From: Octopus vulgaris
Lineage: Eukaryota
DNA: 64,000 bases
Assembly (NCBI GenBank): GCA_951406725.2
Contig: OX597830.1
Location: forward strand, 67,394,001 to 67,458,000
Reading direction: 5' to 3'
Below, one piece after another: positions 26,527-40,265 of this stretch (positions are counted from its first letter, which is position 1; each line of letters begins with the position of its first letter). The position numbers and the translations under genes were made by a program. A model generated the notes under the pieces. It was given only the letters and a program-made list of their open reading frames with translations. It had not been told where the DNA came from and searched no databases.

Positions 26527-29376
26527 TGTTTCTTTATTAGCCACACAGGGCTGCACACAGACGGGACAGATTACAAAGTAGAGCTTTTCTTTTTTTTAGA
26601 GAGATAAAAAAGGTGGGGTAGGTTTTCAATGAAAAGGGATCGTAAAAGGAAAGAAGAAAAACAAGGAAAATAAACAAAAGAAGAGAAAAAAGAGGAAAAA
26701 AGAAAGGAAAAAAGGGAGAAAAGAAAAAAACGATCAATAGGGATCGTGTATCACAGTATCATGATGTACGGTGGAAAGGGGGAAGCACATAAGGTTTATC
26801 CGTGGGAAGAAAAGCCTACGGAAAAGACCACGGTAACCTCGGTCAACATTGTTACATGTTACCAGATTTGTTTGCAAGTGGGTAACCCTCTGTTTTCAAT
26901 TTCTGGGTTCATAGGATTATGCTCAAGGTGGTTTCGTCATTCATACGTGCCATCCTTGTTACATTCACCCATTTTTTTTTAAAACATTCGCTAGACAAAA
27001 CTTGCCTCTCTACTCTCACTTTCCGTTTCAAGTGATACTTGAAGAAGTTGATGAGAGATTGACCAGAGAGGAAAGTGTTTGTCTCCAATCCTTTCAGACG
27101 CGTCCACCAGATACATTCTTTCGCCATAGCCACAAGGATGACGAAAATAGCTCTTCCTTCCCGTTTGAAGGAAGGAAGGCGTGACAATATTGACGATAGA
27201 CTCAGCTGATAAACCGACTCGTCCCACACGTGACAGCAGTTGTTCGACATAAGCCCACAGGTCAGAAATTGTTGGACACTGCATGAGTGCGTGCAGAACG
27301 GTTTCGTTGCTCTGACCGCATCTCGGGCAGGTCGGCCCCGTGTTTCTCGAGCCGTGTCTGTAGAGCTTATCCCGAACGGGTAGCACTGCCAGGAAGTTGT
27401 CCATGGGCCCTGGCCCGAAAGTCGTCCCGAACAAGCGGCGTCCAGGTTCGCCCCGAGCTCGTCGTCGTACCTCCTCTCCACTATTCCCCTATAGAATGCT
27501 TGGGTTGTGTTGGAGTCACTCAAGTTCGACCCGGGACGGCAGAGTTGCTTGAGAGCAACGGGACACTCGCGGTGCCATTCGCCCTTCCTCGGCCTTTTTT
27601 CATCCACGACTGCAGTTCGATCATGGAGATGAGTTGCGGGAAAGCGTGCCTCACAAACGGCGATCACACCTGTTCACCGTCGTCTACGTAGAGCCTGAGG
27701 TGTCGCAGTCTCAGCGCGTGTCTGCGCATCATCAACCACGGCATGCCTAGTCCTCCTTTTAACGGGGTTTGACAGCAAATGGATCGCCTGACCATCGGGA
27801 CCCATCCTTTCCACAAGAAGCGAAAGAGAATGCGTTCTAGTTTGGTGGTAATAGAGTCGGGACAAGGCACGACGGTCAGGCGGTAGTAGATGACGGACGC
27901 GATGTACGAGTTCGCCACCTCCGCCCGACCTTTTAGGGACAGTTTCCTTTCGGCCCATTGCTGGGCGAGAGTGACCACCCTACTCGTTATCTCGTTCCAG
28001 TTCTTCCCCATTTGGAGGTCCGGACCAAACCAGACCCCGAGCAACTCGACTGGACCGTCGGTCCAGCGTCCCACGACGGAGGCGCTGGTGGACGGCATGG
28101 GCTTTCTTCTCCAGGTGCCGAGTCGCAAGTCCACTGATTTTTCCCGGTTGATTTTCGCTCCTGTCACCGCTTCGTAGTTTTTCAGTGTCTCGCCGACCTG
28201 CTAGATGTGCTCGTGGCTAGACACTATGACGGTGACGTAGTCCGCGTATGCAGACACGCTCGTCCCACATCCTATTACTTGTCCTATTACCACCGCCTAT
28301 TACTTGTCAAGCTTCAAGCATATAGCTTCCATCCGGATATTGTACGATGGGTTGGTGCCTTCCTCTCAGATCGCTCCTTCCAAGTCCAAGTTAATGGTTC
28401 GCGGTCCGACGTCTCCAGTGCGAGCAGTGGCGTGCCTCAAGGTTCAGTGCTTGGGCCCTTATTGTTCTTAGTCTTCATAAATGACTTGCCCGACGACCTC
28501 ACGCAACACACCCTTCTATTTGCCGACGATGTCAAACTGGTCGCTCCTCGCGGTGATATAGAGGATCTTCGTCGATGCCTCCACCAAATTTGGAGGTGGT
28601 CTAACAAATGGGAACTGTGTCTGAACGTGTCAAAGTGCTGTCATCTGCCTGTTGGCTCTCCTCCTGCAACTCAACTTGATTTCGAGCCGGGTCGTCTGCT
28701 GCTGGAGAGGACCGATCAGGTAAAGGACCTGGGTATCTTGGTGGATTCCTCCTTTTCGCCTTCGGCCCAGTGCGTCCATGCTGCCAACAAAGCACGCGGA
28801 ATTCTGTTCTTGATTTGACGGTCATTCGGAATGCTCACAGCAGCCATATTCCTACCACTCTATGTCATGCTGGTGAGACCCATATTGGAATACGGGATTC
28901 AAGCCTCTTCTCTTTATCTCCTCAAAGACATACAGCATCTCGAAAGAGTCCAGAAGCTGGCTACCCGCATGGTTCATGGTCTCAAAGATTTGTCCTATGA
29001 AGAAAGGCTGAGGACGCTCGACCTTTATTCTCTAGAAAAACGCCGCCGCCGTGGTGATCTCATTCTCGCCCACAACATCATAAGCGGAAAGTGTAACCTC
29101 TCGAAAGAGCTGTTCTTCACTCCTGCTCCAGAGCATCGGCTGCGGGGTCATTCCGAAAAGCTCTACCTGCGACGATTTCATCTCAATCGAAGGAGAGGAG
29201 CATTCTCCGTCCAGGTTGCGGATCCGAGATGCCAGACGAGATGGTGAAGATGCCGACGACCGCTTTGTTCAAAGCCTCCCTTGACCTCAAGTGGCCTGAA
29301 CTCTTTACATGAACACCACCCTGTACTTAACTCCATGTCCCCCTACATGGCCTTGCTATTTGCTTTTGAGCCAAAT

Positions 29377-29420
<44 letters not shown>

Positions 29421-31463
29421 ATCCCAGTTCTCGCGGGATGCCCTTCAGAGTTGCCAGCTTCCGCAATAATGGCTCGAGAGTCAATACGTATAGAATCGAC
29501 GAGAGGGGGCATCCCTGACGGACCGAACGTGCGATGTCGAAAGGTCTCGATAGATGTCCATTTATGCGAATTACTGAACGGATGCCTCTGTACAAAGCGG
29601 CTATCCAGCCGCGGAAGACGGGACCGAAACCAGCCGCTCTGAGGACAGCCTCCAAGTATCGATGGTCTACCCTATCGAAAGCTTTCGATTGATCCAAATT
29701 GATCCGTGCCCCACCCATGCCAGGTTCCTTAACTACCTTGTCTATGATGTAGTGCATCAGGTGGAGGTTGTCATGGATGCTCCGGCCCGGCACGGCGCAC
29801 ATTTTCGCTTTGTCGACCAGTTTCTCGATGACAAGCGCCAACCGCTTGGCTAACACCTTGGCCAAAATGTTCAAGTCTGCATTAAGCAGGTGATGAACCT
29901 AAAGTTATCTATTACATTCCCCTTGTTTAGATCTTTCTTGAGCAGTGTTACGGCTCCTCGGCTCACAAAACCAGGAATGCTCCCGTTTTGCTGCCAGTTG
30001 CAGTACACCGCTGCCAAGACGTCTCCAAACAAGTCTGGCATACAACTGTAAAACTCGTAGGGTAGACCATCCAGACCCGGCGATTTGTCCCTCGAGCATT
30101 CTGCCATCGCGTCCTGCACTTCCGCCGCCGTGATGGCACCTTCGTAGCGCCCTGCCTTTCTTGTCGAGAGTCGTGGTAGGTTGTGTAGGTAGGCACTGAA
30201 GTCCACCCTACGTTCTTGCCCGCGACTCGTCCCGAACAGTCGGGCAAAATGCTGTTGAAACACCTCACACATTTTACTTGGCTCGAGCAATTCGCGCCCC
30301 TGTTCATCTACCAGAGACCGAATGGTGACTTTGTTGCCCTGTTGCGCCTCTGCCACCCTGGCCTCTCTCGCGGCTCCAACACTTTCGTTCCTTAGAGCAC
30401 GCATCCTAGCTCTGACAACACACCCTTCGTGTTTGGCGTTGAAGTGTTGGTCGAGGGCCAACCTCACCGCCAAAACGTCGGATGCGATGCCGCTTCTAAT
30501 TGCCCCTTCTAGCTTCTTAACTAGCTCACCCTCTACTCTATTTCTATCTATGGCTAGTGCTTTGCTGTACCTAATCGCTTCTGATTTTACTGCTCTATTG
30601 AGGGCAAACCACCATTTGTTGTTGATGATGGCTCCCGTCAAAGCCCTCTTTACCAGTGTGCTAATCCGGTCTCTGAAAACCTGTCTCGAAGGGAAAGACG
30701 CGTTTAGTTTCCAGTATCCGGGACCCTGCCTATGTGTCTTACCTAAATCTAGCGTACATGTCACAAGTTTGTGATCCGTGTAGCTGACTATGTGAAATTG
30801 TGGACATCCTATGCTATCTCTATCTACTGTCCTACACAGTAACCTATCTAGATACGATCTCGACGACCCGATGCGGTTGCTCCATGTCCATGTTGGCGCA
30901 TTCAGGTGGTCTAGTCGGAACCTGTCAGACAGTTGAAAGTGTCTGAGCAGGTCTCTGAGGCATTTGCATCCCCGTCTATTCCTATCTCTGCCCACGTAGT
31001 CTACATGCGTGTCCAAGGTAGCATTCTAATCCCCCACTAAGAGTAAAGGACGAGACGTTCCCAAGAATACTTCTAGACGTTGAAAGAAATCCGCCCGACC
31101 TGTTAAGGGCGGTGCGTAGACTGATACGAGTCGTAAAGCGCACCCATTGCTGCCGTCGACATCCAGGACGACTAGTCTACCCTCCGGCTCTACGAATATT
31201 CTTTACTTTGAGATCCAGACTCTTGCGAAAATGTACCTCGGTGCCACTGCCTCCCATTCTTGGCAGACAGGGGGGGGGAATAAATGTTGAACTGTCCGCC
31301 AAACATGGTCTTTAGGGCCCGCGGATTGTGGAGTCTGGTCTCACTTATGGCTATGATTTCTAACTTGTGTGACTTTACGTCATTTAAGAGGTACCCTTGT
31401 TTCCAAGGGTACCCCAAGCCACGCGCATTTACACAACCAATCTTGATCATAATCCTAATGAAT
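26527..31463 (-). mobile_element. Tx1/L1-clade LINE ORF2 (APE endonuclease, RT, zf-RVT), inactivated
   Basis: IKIGCVNARGL...AISET, SRSYLDR, YTDHK, GPGYWKLN, KSPGLDGLPYEFY, LDQSKAFDRV, VRQGCPLS, CPRC...HALMQC. Frameshifts near 31250 and 29875, a stop in GD(W)N, and the catalytic YADD reads YADY. Confidence 0.93.
28273..29418 (+). mobile_element. 5'-truncated CR1-group LINE nested antisense in the Tx1 RT
   Basis: SGVPQGSVLGPLLFLVFINDL..LFADDVKL, LVRPILEY, LERVQK.ATR, LSYEERL, RRRRGDLI. (TAAC)n tail at 29377-29420; TSD acatcc at 28267-72 and 29419-24. Confidence 0.92.
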
Positions 31464-31515
<52 letters not shown>

Positions 31516-31522
31516 TAGATAG
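31464..31522. repeat. (GATA)/(GACA)n microsatellite at the 5' junction of the Tx1-like LINE
   Basis: Directly visible. Confidence 0.9.
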
Positions 31523-31866
31523 AAGGGGAGAGAGAAAGAGAGAGAGAAGATGGTAAAGTGGTTAACATCCAGGGGTTATGAGTTCAAACCCATTGTTGAC
31601 ATTTGTTATGTTTCTATGTAGATAGTTACATTTTATATTGTCACAACTCAGCTCTAAAGAATTAGTTCCAGAACAATTCGGTTCAGTCTCAGACCAGAAC
31701 AACAGTTGACTCTATCTACTTTGCTCTTGTCTCCTCAACAGGGAGACATCTTTATTGGATTGTATGTGTATTTTAAAGGAATTTTCAAAATATTTGTTCA
31801 TTCTTAGATTGCTTCTTATTTGCAGATTTAGTTTTAATTCTTTAATTTTTTTCTTTTTATTATCAG

Positions 31867-31940
31867 GGATGTGGTCCAGCAGCAGACTTTATGGCATTTG
31901 CTAACCAAACAGAATTTGAAAATGTAGACGAAGATGATGG
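31867..31940 (+). CDS. TRPM: TRPM-like exon E, cassette 1
   Basis: Long T tract plus cag acceptor, GG|GTATGT donor. Reads GCGPAADFMAFANQTEFENVDEDD, matching TRPM GSGxAADxxA. Phase 0 to 2. Confidence 0.88.
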
Positions 31941-33213
31941 GTATGTTTTTATTTGATAGTATGATAGTTTTATTATTGCATTTGTTGTCATTTCTGATTC
32001 TATTGCTATTAGATATGTTATTGTTGAACATCTTTTAATCCCGATAAAACAGGTGTATGAACAAAACGAGACTTTATTATTCCACTGTGTCTGTCTATAT
32101 TTAGGGTATGATTTGGGAGAGATTTAGGTCATATTTTTAACAAATTGAGTGACAAGGTAAATTACTCCCTCGTTGGCTTGCAACTCACCTATTACTAAAG
32201 TTGATAGTTTGATTTTAGAGCTGGTATTCATACCTTTGATTGGAACTTGTCAGATTTCTATTACTAAAGACTCAAATTTAAGGCAGTATGACATGACACT
32301 GCTAATAATCATAATATTGATTTCTTATGTTAACCCAATGTTCCATATTTGCTGGGGAAAGATAGTGGATCCAGTTCAGAACTGTCTGGATTTGTCTGTT
32401 TCTTTTTCCATCCAATTTAAGGGATCAGATCAAGCAGTAGGTATCATGACTTATTCTTATGAAATAACACTGAAATTTATTGATAGAAATGGTAAATATA
32501 AATTAATCAAGCATGGGTTTAATCAATTCTGGGCACACTCTCTCAGGTTGTAAACTTAATTCATTCCATCATTAAATACTGAAGTACCTGGTGGGGGTTC
32601 AACAAGACCACTTAGTCCTTCACTACCTTTAACAGAATCCACAACATTGCAAGCATTCAGACCAGGTCGTTGGTGTGAGGATAACATGATGTCATGATTC
32701 ACAATACTTTCATTGTATAGTGTCTGTATAGTGTCTGTTTGCCAAAAGAGGCCTACCACTATATATGACAAAGGTACTGTTGATAACATCTCTAGACACA
32801 ACCCCATTTCTTGTCATGTCTACCACATTATGACTTCCAGCTTAATTATTTGCAATATTGGAAACTTGATTTGCAGCAACCCATAAGTTGTGGTTCATTC
32901 ATGTCTTTCCCTCATCAACCACAGATGTCCTGTAAAAATTATGGGTGGTATCCTTCCTCTTTTAATTAAGCTCTGTTCCATCAAACATGAGATCCCTCAG
33001 CTAACACTATTTGTTATCTGTATCACTAATAGTGTAGCCTGATTAACATCATTTCTCATTTGAGCTCCAAGGTAGCAGTCTAGTTAACATATCTTGTTTT
33101 TGGCGCCAATATAGACCTTATGTTATTCATTGTATCTACCTTTCTTTTAATCACTATTAAAAGTGTTACGTATTATTTTCTGAAATAACTCTTCTTTCTA
33201 CATCAATTCTAAG

Positions 33214-33398
33214 GAAACTGAAAGCTGATATCAGAGAGAAAATTATTAAAGAATATGAAAACGAATTGGAAGGAAATGTGATAGATAACATGATTGACTA
33301 TGTGTTGGAGTTCCTAAAACGACCAAACTTGATAACTGTTTATGATACAGACTCAGTTGAAGACTTTGATCTAGCAATTTTCAAGGCTGTGTTCAAAG
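33214..33398 (+). CDS. TRPM: TRPM-like exon F, cassette 1 (end of MHR2, start of MHR3)
   Basis: AG at 33212-13, G|GTAAGA donor. Reads (G)KLKADIREKIIKEYENELEGNVIDNMIDYVLEFLKRPNLITVYDTDSVEDFDLAIFKAVFK, matching TRPM LITV...DxDxAILxALxK. Phase 2 to 1. Confidence 0.88.
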
Positions 33399-34209
33399 GT
33401 AAGAAATATTTAAAAAAATTATATTTTCAACTTTTGATATTTTCTAATCAATTTGACTTTCATTACATATGATTGTAATTTAAATTAGTTGTTACTAATT
33501 ACACTAATTTATACACCAACCAAAAAGTTCAGAGTTAGTTTTAGCATGAAACATTAAAAAACTAATTTAGGATGAAATATTTAGGGAAACAATAATAATA
33601 TTATGTGAGGTATATTTTCCATCTCAATATGGCTAACCACTAAGGGTAGGTGTTACTGTAGCTTGTAGCCCCAGGAGAACATCTTCTCCAGCTGGCTATT
33701 GACACACTTTCTGTGACCTATCGGTATTTGCAAAGGGAAGCCATCCTACAGTAATTATTAACCCTAACCCTGAAATCTATCTTCTCCTGTCACTACTCTC
33801 TATCTAAACACCCCTAACCCCCTTCATAATACACTTAGTTCTCCAGAAAATCATTCCATCTTTAAACTTCATCCTGTCAATACCTCAAATACCTAAAATT
33901 CATCCCTGAAGACGCAGGCGGTGTTATCTGATGATAGAACCAAGTAACTATCATTATTCCGGACCACCAGACCCAGAAACAGCGGTTAGGCTCATAAAAC
34001 TCAATCCATTTAACTCCTGATAACATTTATACTCTGTGGCAGTCGTACTATATCCATACACATGTACATTATTTGTATTAAATTTATTTAATATTCTGTG
34101 TAAATCGACTTTCCTAACTTGCTTGTCCTTAAATTTTCTCTCACACACACACATATATGTTTATATAAATCATAAATGTCAGTAGGAATAGGAGCTGAAT
34201 TTATTTAAC

Positions 34210-36420
34210 TTTTAGTAATCTTTATGATTACGCGAGCTTTTTAGCCTTCTTCATATATTAATATTATTCTCGTGTTGTTTTATTACATGCAGTAGTCATC
34301 CTCTCTTTGTGTCTAAATACTTTGCTATTCCAACTGTCGTTGTTTTATAGTAATTATCTATCTGTATAAAGGCCACGGCCTCCTTCTGAGCGGGGTAGAT
34401 ATATTCTGTTTGAGTTTGCTTTGGGGTGGTGACTTCGATACGCTGTTAGAAGTTTTCCAGCTTTTCTATCTAGGTTTCTCAATTCACTAATCTTCCAGTA
34501 TATTTTGTCAAAGCTGTAGTTTATGACTGGTATCGCTAGCCCGTTTATCTCTATTATCTTATTTTTAGTATTAAGTTCAGAGTTTAATATTGGTCTAATT
34601 TCCTCTCATTTCGGTGTGCTGCGTTTTAGCTGTTTCGTTTATTCCTAGATATTTGTATGGGTGCTTGTAGTCTAATTCTCTCATTTCTGTGTCTATGTCG
34701 AGTGCAGGGTTTTCAATGCTGAATAATTTACCTCTTCTCAGTGGGATTCTGGTACATTTGTCCAGCCCCATACTCATTCCGATATCATTGCTGAAACACT
34801 GAGCAATTTTTCTAAGGTTTCTCTGTTCCATGGTGATTTTAGCAAAAAGTCTTAGGTCATCCATGTACAGGAGATGGCTTATTTTTTGTACATAGCACCT
34901 GTTACCCATGGTGGTTTCGTGTGACACGTTTGTGAGTGGTGTCAGAGAAAGGCAGAAAAGTAGGGGTGATAGTAAATCTCCTTGGAGAATCCTTCTTTTT
35001 ATGGGTATAGGGTAGGTTTTAATAAGTCGTGAATCATATTTTAAATGTTATATTGGTCTTCCAGTTTGCCATTGCATGTTTAATATATTTTAGCGATGGT
35101 GGAGCTACCTTATTTGTGTGGAGAGATTCCAGTATCTATGAGTGTGGAACACTGTCGAATGCTTTCTGGTAATCAATCCAAGTCATGTTCATATTTGTCT
35201 TTCTCCTCTTACAGTTCTCTATTATGGTTCGGTTTTCTAGAAGACCATACATCCTTACAACCATACATCCTTCTCCAGCATCCTTTTTGTTCTTCTGGTA
35301 AAACGTTATTTTCCATGTGATTTATAAGTCAGTTATAGATGACTGATGTTAGGGTTTTGTAGGGTGTTGATAGACATGTTATTGGTCTGTAATTTCATGA
35401 GTGTATGGTGTCGTTGTTTGGAGGAATTAGGATGTTTTGTCCCTCCAGCATACAGTTTGGGGATGATTCTGGCTCACTTGTCAACAGATTCAGTACTGTG
35501 CTAAGTGGTTATGTGTATTGGTGAGGTGTTTCAACCAGAAGGTGGGGATCTTGTCTATCTCTGGAGTTTTCCAGTTGATGATACTCCTCAGTGTATCCAT
35601 GGTATCGTGGCCTGTGATGGTGGACCATATCTGTTGTTCTATTGCGTTCTTTCCTTTTCCCTATCAATCCACTGAACATTTTTGTTGTGCTTTATGGTTT
35701 GCTCCATATTGCTTGTTGTTGGCGTGGCATTTCTTGCTATTTTTTTTGTTTGACTTTATAATAATAATTATTATTGTTGTTGTTGTTGTTATTTTGGTTT
35801 GGCTCAAGTTCGGTTTTATTTTGGTTCGGAATTATACGGATATCGAGTTACTTTCTGTAACGTTCAGTAGCCACAATTTTTACGGCAGTCTTTCAAGTGC
35901 TTAGAATCCTCCTGATAATTCTTGCTGTCCCTTAAAAACAAACCTTCTGTAGGAACTCTACCAGGCATTATATTTCAATCTCCCTCAGTCTTCTCAAAGA
36001 ACCAATTATTATATGAACGACCTTTACTGTTTGCATGCTCCAAATTCTTCCTATTTCTAATTTTAGGGGATTGTATTTTTTTGTTTTTCTTCAACTTTTT
36101 TTACGAATCTGGAATCAGACGGGCATGATGGGTCAATTTGTAAGCAACGCCACTTTCCTTATCTATAATATTTATGTCTGGTCTATCATTTTAAATTTCT
36201 TGTCCCTTCGAATAGGAAAGTCCCACAAAACCATACATTTCTCCGGCTACAGTACTCTTTCAACTCAATGATTATACCATGTGTTTCCAGGTTCAAAATC
36301 CTTATTTCTGGCACAGTTTCCAATGTATAACATTTACAACTTTGTCGTGCCTCCATTTCTGATATTCTTACTGTGCCAACTTGGGGCATTCTGTCTTGTT
36401 CCAAGTTTCACAGGCTCTAC
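34210..36420 (-). mobile_element. Degenerate R4/Dong-like LINE (RT region)
   Basis: IKRRILQGDLLSPLLFCLSLTPL, ISHLLYMDDLRLFAK, FSNDIGMSMGLDKC, YKYLGI; 5' boundary uncertain. Confidence 0.8.
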
Positions 36421-36678
36421 ATATTTCTGACAAATTCTGTACATATATATTTTTTTTTCTCAAATTGTTTGTCTCTATCACTTGATTTTAGGCTGCTATA
36501 ATTAGGTTCCCTGTTTCTTTATTAATATCCTCTTTTTTTAAAAAAGCCCAGGATTTTGTTTCACGTATGACTTCAGTGGCTCTCTAAAATTAGCCATGCA
36601 GAGTTTATCAAATATTTGGATTTAATAAAAAAACATTTAAATATCGACTGACTGTTTGTTCTAAAATCTATATTACAG

Positions 36679-36773
36679 CGCAGAAAAACAACTTAGAAAA
36701 TTTGAGGCTCGCATTTGTGTGGGACAGAAGTTATATCGTAAAACGTCTAATATTTGAAGAGACTCAGCAGAAA
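36679..36773 (+). CDS. TRPM: TRPM-like exon G, cassette 1 (MHR3)
   Basis: ttacag acceptor, AAA|GTAAGA donor. Reads (A)QKNNLENLRLAFVWDRSYIVKRLIFEETQQK, matching TRPM QLxLAxxWNRxDIAxxxIF. Phase 1 to 0. Confidence 0.85.
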
Positions 36774-37556
36774 GTAAGATAATATATTTTTATCACTTCA
36801 TGTTGTGAACCATTAATAAATCGACTTTTACTTCTGCTAGAAAGGAAGAAAAGTATTTCAAATACATTCCTAACTAATGTTATGAATGTATTTCAAAAAT
36901 TTTTTAATGGTAAATTTTAATAATTTGAATGCTTGTAAAATATTTATTGTTTATTTCTCTATAGTTTTCACCATTCTTTCCCCACTCTTTCACTCTCCAT
37001 ACGTATATAAATATATATATGCACCTGCACATAATTATAAATGTTGCAAATATTACGAAGAAACAAAACAAAAGCAACGTAAAACATATACACTGAGTTG
37101 GTATTAGTTTGGTGGAAAAAAAGAAAAGGAAGGTATTTATATTTCCAGTATTCGCTCTTCTTCTGAAAGATAGGATAGACATGGAAAGAACAGAACGTAG
37201 CAGGGTAATTTGAGAAATTGAAATACACATATGTCCAACAATCATGGAAGGGTGGACGACTGGAAGAATTAGAAAGATCGCTTTAGGCGGGAGTGACGTG
37301 GGGGAGAACTATGCACCTGGCATATGTTTCTGTGTGACTGGGGGCCGAGCATGTTTAGTTGTTAGTATGTGTATGACGCTATGTACGTTTGCGTGTGTAT
37401 CTGTATATAATATCTTGTTAATGATGTGTGCATATGAATAATAAGTGGAAAAGTGTGAGGTGGCAGGTATATGTAAGAAGTGGAAAAAAGGGAAGGGTTA
37501 AATGTAGAGCGGTTGGGAAATAAGATCATTGGGGGAAAGAAGCCTAGAAAGTGCAA

Positions 37557-37628
<72 letters not shown>

Positions 37629-38689
37629 ATGTGTGCAGCACGATTAAAATGCAACCTACATGTGTTTCCTAATCAGCTGATCCTCTGATGTGATAATTAC
37701 TCAACGAGACATACTTAACGTAGCTAATAATCAGGCTGAAAATACCTTAATCACCTGAAGGTTACTTTGTCGCCTGGAAATTCCAAGTTACCTCACCACA
37801 GACCGTTAACTCACATTTGTAGCGTATTAATCTTGAATTCCCAAGCGGCAATGTAACCTTCATATAATTAATGCATTCTTAGTTTGATGAACAGCTTAGA
37901 TGAGTACCATTTTGAGTAATTATTACATCAGAGGTTATGTAGACTGGATTTTAGCATTTCCACTCTCTTAATTTGGATTTTTATACGCATTCATAACAAC
38001 TCTATTTTCTAACCGTGAGCTGTACAGAACGTTTCAGCTTATTGAATTTCCTCGTAACTTTAATATGGGAAAAGTATTATTTCTAATCATATTATTGGTA
38101 TTATTTCTAATCATACACTGTCCACTCTTTGCATTCTGTACCTGCTATGGACCATTTGATGGTTAAAAATTTCCGACACTTTGATTCCTGGATCTTACCC
38201 TTATATAACTGTATATATACACATAGGTACCCAAATCAATATTAGCTGTAGATCCAACCTAGTCATGTCAAAGTGTATCCTATGTATAACATGAAAAAAG
38301 CGTGGTTCAAAATTCACAACGGCTGTTTCGGTAGCATTTCATTTACGCATTCTTAGACTAATATCAGTGCAAAACCCAGTCAACTTCAGGTAGATTTCAA
38401 GCATACAAACAGGTAAGAAAGATCATGTGTAGTCATACAAAATAAAATAAGTATACAGAAAAAAAATTTTTTTTTCTGTATTCCGTATTTCTTACTGTTA
38501 TACAAATTATATAGGTAAATATGTTCACTCAGTCATATATCTATATACACATAGACACATATTTACAAATATATGTACATATATGAACATATACTTACAC
38601 GTGTGTGCGTGTATATATATTCATGTGTGTGTGTCGGGCGCCTACCAGCGCTCTGTGGATCAGTTGGACTTTTCCAAGCGTCCCCAACA

Positions 38690-40265
38690 TCTGAACATCT
38701 CCCCAGCAGAGCTCTCGGCTCTTTGATATCTCCGATGCCGCAAAGACATCGTCATAAAACCGGCCGACAAGGGTGGAGCCGCGGTGGTGTGGGGCACTGA
38801 CCTCTACAAGGCTGAGGCTCTCCGCCAACTTCAAGACACCTCCTCCTACGGCCCTCTGCCCTCCAACCCCTCGCCTAGCTACCAACAGACGGTGTCCTCC
38901 ACTATCCATGACCTCATCTTCAACTCCTATCTCTCCATCGCCTCCAACTTCACCCCCACAATTTATTTTCTTCCTAAAATACACAAACCTTGGCCACCCA
39001 TCGTCTCCGCCTGTAACTGTCCCACGGAACTCATCTCAAAATATCTTGATCGTGTCCTTGGTCCCCTAGTGGCTTCTCTCCCTTTTCGCATCCATGACAC
39101 TAATCAACTCTTTCTCCTTCTCTCCTGGCCCCGCTAAACTTCTCTTCACTCTTGACATCAAGAGCTTATTTCCCACACCACGAGGGGCTTCTTGCCCTCA
39201 AAAACTACCCAGACCTTCAAGCTAACCCCAACCTTACACATCCACTTATCTTCGTCTGGCCGAACTTGTTCTCTCCCTTACCTACTTTTCGTTTGCGGGG
39301 GATTTTTACGAACAGATTTCGGAAGTGGCTATGTGATCGACAATTGGCCCCAACTATGCAAACCTGTTCGTTGACTACGTTGAGGCCCAAATATTTTCAA
39401 GATTTATTGGTCCCACTCCCGAACTATATAGTTGCTATATTGATGACTGTATCGATGCGACCTCGCTCTCCCACGAAGAACTAGACTCCTTCCTCTCTTT
39501 TGTTCAATATTTCCATCCTGCGCTATTTCCAACACTTCCTGTCTCACAATTTCGGTCAGCATTCATCACTCCAGTGTCAACACCTCCATCTACTACAAAC
39601 ACACCGACTCACACTCATACCTCAACTTCTCCTCCTCCCACCCTAAACACACCAAGCTCTCCATCCCCTAGGCCCAATTCCTCCGTCTGCGCAGGCTCTG
39701 CAGTGATAACCATAACTTTGAGACTCACTCTCAAGTCCTGTCTCGCCACTTCATCCTTCGTGGATATCCCCTCACTACTACCCACACCGCCCTTGCCAGA
39801 GCACTTCTGTGTGCCGTGCATCTGTTCTCTTTCCCCACAACCGCCCCGCCATTACTTGTCTCCTGTTTCCCTTCACCTACCACCCCTCCACCCTTCCTCT
39901 CCAACGCACCATTCTCCGTGCCTTCGAGCGACTCCAGTCCGATCCCTTCACTTCTCACATCTCCCCTAATATATCCTTTCCCTCCTTTAAACGAGCCCAC
40001 AACCTACGTGACTTCCTGGTCCATAGTTTCTTCCCTAGCCCTACCTCCCAGCACGGCTCGGTCCCTGCTCCTACCCTCGCTGCCGCACTTGTCCTTACCT
40101 CTCCAACACCACCATCCTCACAGACACACATCATCGTCCCTATCATATCACTGACTCCTTCACCTGCACTTCTAGCAACGTCACTTACTGCATGTCCTGC
40201 TCTCTCTGTCCTCTGTACGTCGGTCAAACGGAACGCCGCTTGGGTGACCGGTTTGCGGAACACTC
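38690..40265 (+). mobile_element. Penelope-like element (RT plus GIY-YIG endonuclease), frameshifted
   Basis: DIVIKPADKGGAAVVW, YFLPKIHKP..PIVS, TLDIKSL, YIDDC, YLNFSSSHP, RLRRLCS, FTCTSSNVTYCMSCSLCPLYVGQTERRLGDRFAEH. Confidence 0.92.

Noticed and set aside
33900-33995. Penelope-type hammerhead (ctgaaga ... gaaac)
   Set aside because: Core motifs are present but I could not build consistent stems by eye.
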